64,000 nucleotides of DNA, taken from positions 94,832-158,831 of the forward strand of contig RQSC01000630.1 of the NCBI GenBank assembly GCA_013416795.1, given 5' to 3'. Of the stretch, positions 60,867 to 64,000 are shown piece after piece. How positions within the stretch are numbered: position 1 is the first letter of the stretch; each line of letters begins with the position of its first letter. The DNA is from Prasinococcaceae sp. CCMP 1430 (Eukaryota; Plantae; Prasinodermophyta). The notes below the pieces were generated by a model. The model made no database searches and was not told where the DNA came from. It worked only from the letters and a program-made list of their open reading frames with translations. The position numbers and the translations under genes were made by a program.

Positions 60867-63800
60867 TCAGACGCGTCCCTGCCGCACGAGCCTGCTCGTC
60901 GCTGTGCACAGCTTGGCCATCATCCAGTCGGGCAGCGCCTCTTTGGTGCACAGCCAGGGGTTGCTCTCCTGTGGCTCGGGGTAGCGGAAGGGCTTCCCGT
61001 CGTCATGCGGCGGGGCCATGAAGGCCATGGTGCCGCGAAGGTAGACTTCACGCACCGCTGCTGCGAAAGCTGGACCACCGCGCAGCATGGCGCGCAGAAG
61101 CTCGTCGGTGCCCACCGCGGCCGTCAGGTTGGGCACGTCCGCATACTGGCACATGGCGGCGATACCAAGGAGCCTAGCATAGAGCTCGTCGGCTGTGGCG
61201 GGGAGCACGGGGGGGACGGGCACGCCGTGCGCGCCCTCTCCGGCTGGAGCAGACGGTGCGACATCCGCTGCGCCGCCGTTGCCCTCATCGGCGAAGCGCA
61301 CGCGGCGTCGCTCGGTGCCATCGCCAGCACCGCTACTGCCCGCATCTTCGCCAGCCCCGCCGTCGTTATCGTTATTATCACCTCCGCCAATGTCGCCGCC
61401 GTCGCTGCCGAACGCTCCGTCGCCAGCGGGAGCACGCTCCTCTACTACATGCAACTCGTCGTCGGCAGTGGCAGTCACTACCGTAGCGTTGCCCCCCTCA
61501 ATCCCCTCGCTTGCATCAGCGGACCACAAATCGGCCTCGCCATCCACGAAGGCGTCAGGCTCCCTCACGGCATGCAGGCGCATAAGCACCGCGCGACGCG
61601 TTCGCAGCTCCGCCTCCTCACGCGTCGCGACCATCGACTGGGACTGCGCGCGTGAAATGGCATCCTCAGCCGTTTTGTCTTCGTTGGCATTGTCAGCGAG
61701 CGGGATGGCACCGCCGTCCACATCAATCTCGGGCACGGTATCTGCAGCGCGTTCCTCGTCACCGCCTGGATGCTGTCCGCGCATGCGAAGGATGTCTTCC
61801 TCGACAGTGCCCCTCATTGCCATGATGCGGACGTCCACGACGCCGCGCTGGCCCATTCGATGCGCGCGGCTGATAATCTGCAGCTCCAGGCTGGCGTCCC
61901 ATACGGGCTCCATGATAAAGACCGTCGAGCAAAAGCTCAGATCGAGGCCGACCGCAGAAGTACCGTCGATGAGTAGAACGCGGCAGGTATCGTCCTCCTC
62001 GAAACGCATCAGTTCGCGGTCACGGAGCTCGCGCGTAAGGTGGTGGCCAGTGGCGGCAAACAGGCCTGCGAACCCAATGCCCTCCCGCGAGAGTGTGTCC
62101 TCAAGCAACGAGAGGTGCTCCAGGAACTGCGAGAAGACGATTGACTTGTCCGAGGGGCTCAAGCGCCGCAGGTGCTTCACCAGGCGCGTGGCCTTCGTGG
62201 AGCGTGTGCGCACCCAGTCGGGCCGCCAGTGGCCCTCCTGCTCGTAGGCCGGATTGAGCTCGATAAGCTCGAACGGCACGCGGTGCCGCTCGCCCGAGTA
62301 CTGCGCGGCCTCCATAGCGTATGGCTCCCCGCAGCGCGCGCAGCTGCCAGCACGCGAGGCGGCGCAGCTGACGCAAAGCAGGCACGCGCAGCGCGGAATC
62401 GCCACAGGCACGTTGCAGAAACGCGCGCAGCAGTCGCACTGGCCGCCGTGACGCAGTGCCGTCTCGGCAAGGGGCACGCGGGCGGCGTTGCGCTGCGGCC
62501 GCACCGCCAGAAGCATGCGGCTTGCCTCTCGCAGGTGAGGCTCGTTCGGCCGCACCGGCAGGCCCCCCGCGACACAGCTCGCCAGACGTACGTTGTTCAT
62601 CGCCAGGCGCTGCTGCTTGGCTTGTGACGCGTGCAGGAGGCTCTCCTGGTGCTCTTTGTCAAGCCAGTCCGCGAGCAGCAGGTTCCGTTGGATGACGTCC
62701 ACCAGAGCATTATACGACCGAGCGTGTGACTGCTCGAAGTCGAGCACCTCCACCCTCAGACGGCATGGCGCAAGCGTGGGCAGGTCTTCCTTGGAGGCGC
62801 GTATCATGACACGCTTCAGGCACTCGCGCAGCCTGGCCTCGCCATCCGCGCCGCCACCCTCGAGCGGCCGCTGTACGAGGTCCCGGAAGACGCGCTGCTC
62901 CGCGCCGTACGCACCCTCGCGCAGGAAGGCCAGCAGCGGGTGCATGTGAGCTGCTCCCGAGCCTGTTGTCGCAGGGGTTGGAGTACCCGTCATTATCCAC
63001 CGTCGCTCCGCACGCAGCGCACATGCCATCTGCAGGCGGTTGGTGACGCCCAGGCTGGCGCCCAGCGCGTGGCCCTCATCGAGGACGACGCGCAACCAGT
63101 GCACGCATAGCATCGGTCGCGTGAGCCTGTCTGGGCGCGACCATTCGACGCTCAGCTTTTGGAAGGTGGTGAGCACCACGTCGTAGTTCCAAGCCAACTC
63201 GTGGGCGGGCAACATATCGCGCTCAGTCTCCAGCACATAGACGGCTAGCGGCGCCCTCGCGGAGCTCCCCGTGCCAAGCTCACTGCTCTGGGCATCGTTG
63301 CCGCGCACGTGGCGTCGCATCTGACGCTTCCAATGCTGGATGAGGTTGCCGGGCAGAACGACCAGCGTCGCTCCCGACAGGAAGACGCGCTTCTGGGGTA
63401 CAGCGCGCGGCACGCGGTCTGTGTTCATGCAGGCGATGCGCAGCGCCTTGAGGTCGAGCTGCGCGCCTGCGACCATCCACGAGGGCATGTACCAAACGTT
63501 GAGGGCGCTGCGCCGCATGGTTTCCTGGGCTTGTCGCGATTTGCCTTTCAGTTGCTCTCCGGAGGGGACGCGCGTCTCAAGACCCAGCGCGCGAAAAACG
63601 TCGCGGTAGCCGACTAGGTCGGACGAGTTGAACCCCGAGACGCGTAGGCCGTCACCGACGAGCGCCTGTTGTATGGCAGCCTGTCGCGCTGGGCGATTAG
63701 AGCCGAAGTTGTCCTTGACCACGTTGAGGTACATCTCCGGGGAGCGCGAGAGCACCTCTGAAAAGAAGCGATGATTGGCAGCATTGATGAGCCGCAGCGC

Positions 63801-64000
63801 CTCCGCCTCGGACACGCCTGGGAGCGCGATTTCCTGCTCCGCTGCCAGAACACCCGCGTCGGGATCGGTGAAGCCCGGCGCGCCTAGGCCCGTTCCGTCG
63901 CTGACCGGCATCATGCCGTCGCCTTCCGCCGCAGCGGCGTCGGCAGCTGCCTGTGCGTCCGCAGCGTCGGGCAAGAGACCCAGCGTACGCGCATGCGCAA
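60867..64000 (-). CDS. SNF2-family ATPase with RING insert, At3g54460/SHPRH-like; 5' end outside window
   Basis: ATLVVLPGNLIQHW, DVVLTTF, WLRVVLDEGH, RWIMTGTP, CDCC..F..P...CA.L.C..C, KSIVFSQF, GLDLS, MEP.WD.S.E.QIISRAHRMGQ. Confidence 0.88.
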   Translation of the reverse strand, partial: AHARTLGLLPDAADAQAAADAAAAEGDGMMPVSDGTGLGAPGFTDPDAGVLAAEQEIALPGVSEAEALRLINAANHRFFSEVLSRSPEMYLNVVKDNFGSNRPARQAAIQQALVGDGLRVSGFNSSDLVGYRDVFRALGLETRVPSGEQLKGKSRQAQETMRRSALNVWYMPSWMVAGAQLDLKALRIACMNTDRVPRAVPQKRVFLSGATLVVLPGNLIQHWKRQMRRHVRGNDAQSSELGTGSSARAPLAVYVLETERDMLPAHELAWNYDVVLTTFQKLSVEWSRPDRLTRPMLCVHWLRVVLDEGHALGASLGVTNRLQMACALRAERRWIMTGTPTPATTGSGAAHMHPLLAFLREGAYGAEQRVFRDLVQRPLEGGGADGEARLRECLKRVMIRASKEDLPTLAPCRLRVEVLDFEQSHARSYNALVDVIQRNLLLADWLDKEHQESLLHASQAKQQRLAMNNVRLASCVAGGLPVRPNEPHLREASRMLLAVRPQRNAARVPLAETALRHGGQCDCCARFCNVPVAIPRCACLLCVSCAASRAGSCARCGEPYAMEAAQYSGERHRVPFELIELNPAYEQEGHWRPDWVRTRSTKATRLVKHLRRLSPSDKSIVFSQFLEHLSLLEDTLSREGIGFAGLFAATGHHLTRELRDRELMRFEEDDTCRVLLIDGTSAVGLDLSFCSTVFIMEPVWDASLELQIISRAHRMGQRGVVDVRIMAMRGTVEEDILRMRGQHPGGDEERAADTVPEIDVDGGAIPLADNANEDKTAEDAISRAQSQSMVATREEAELRTRRAVLMRLHAVREPDAFVDGEADLWSADASEGIEGGNATVVTATADDELHVVEERAPAGDGAFGSDGGDIGGGDNNDNDGGAGEDAGSSGAGDGTERRRVRFADEGNGGAADVAPSAPAGEGAHGVPVPPVLPATADELYARLLGIAAMCQYADVPNLTAAVGTDELLRAMLRGGPAFAAAVREVYLRGTMAFMAPPHDDGKPFRYPEPQESNPWLCTKEALPDWMMAKLCTATSRLVRQGRV

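Overview
Eukaryotic nuclear DNA from a very GC-rich green alga. The plant-type gene set, short GC-rich GT-AG introns with CTGAC branch points and TGTAA poly(A)-type signals suggest an early-diverging prasinophyte such as Prasinoderma; this is inference only. About 35 densely packed genes or gene fragments, mostly in divergent or convergent pairs: beta-tubulin (truncated), Pol III subunits RPC8 and RPC5, an Orn/Lys/Arg decarboxylase whose core is replaced by a GT92-like segment, pyroglutamyl peptidase, TilS, TerC, a GATA-PHD factor, Sen15-like, HLIP/OHP, SVIP-like, NDUFV2, a fucosyltransferase-like GT, a frameshifted ankyrin gene, CDPK, a CHST15-like sulfotransferase, SPO11-2, PROSER3-like, proteasome beta2, DNAI2/IC2, CFAP221, bZIP, SDR, SFI1-like, CUE protein, LUX-like GARP MYB, a UTP21 fragment, MFS, DMT, a double-CBS protein, ZFC3H1-like and an At3g54460-like SNF2. 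The assembly is imperfect (two N gaps, four single Ns, a 253-nt poly-G run), so several chimeric junctions may be artefacts. No tRNA, rRNA or CRISPR was seen. Best leads: (1) an identical AAAACCCTAA telo-box in three divergent promoters that serve centriole, axoneme and meiosis genes; (2) a ~250-nt non-coding segment at 43.69-43.95 kb with telomerase-RNA-like layout (speculative); (3) an AT-rich hairpin, intron-like element family; (4) a possible UTP21-LUX fusion; (5) an intact SPO11-2 whose catalytic Tyr codon is split by an intron.
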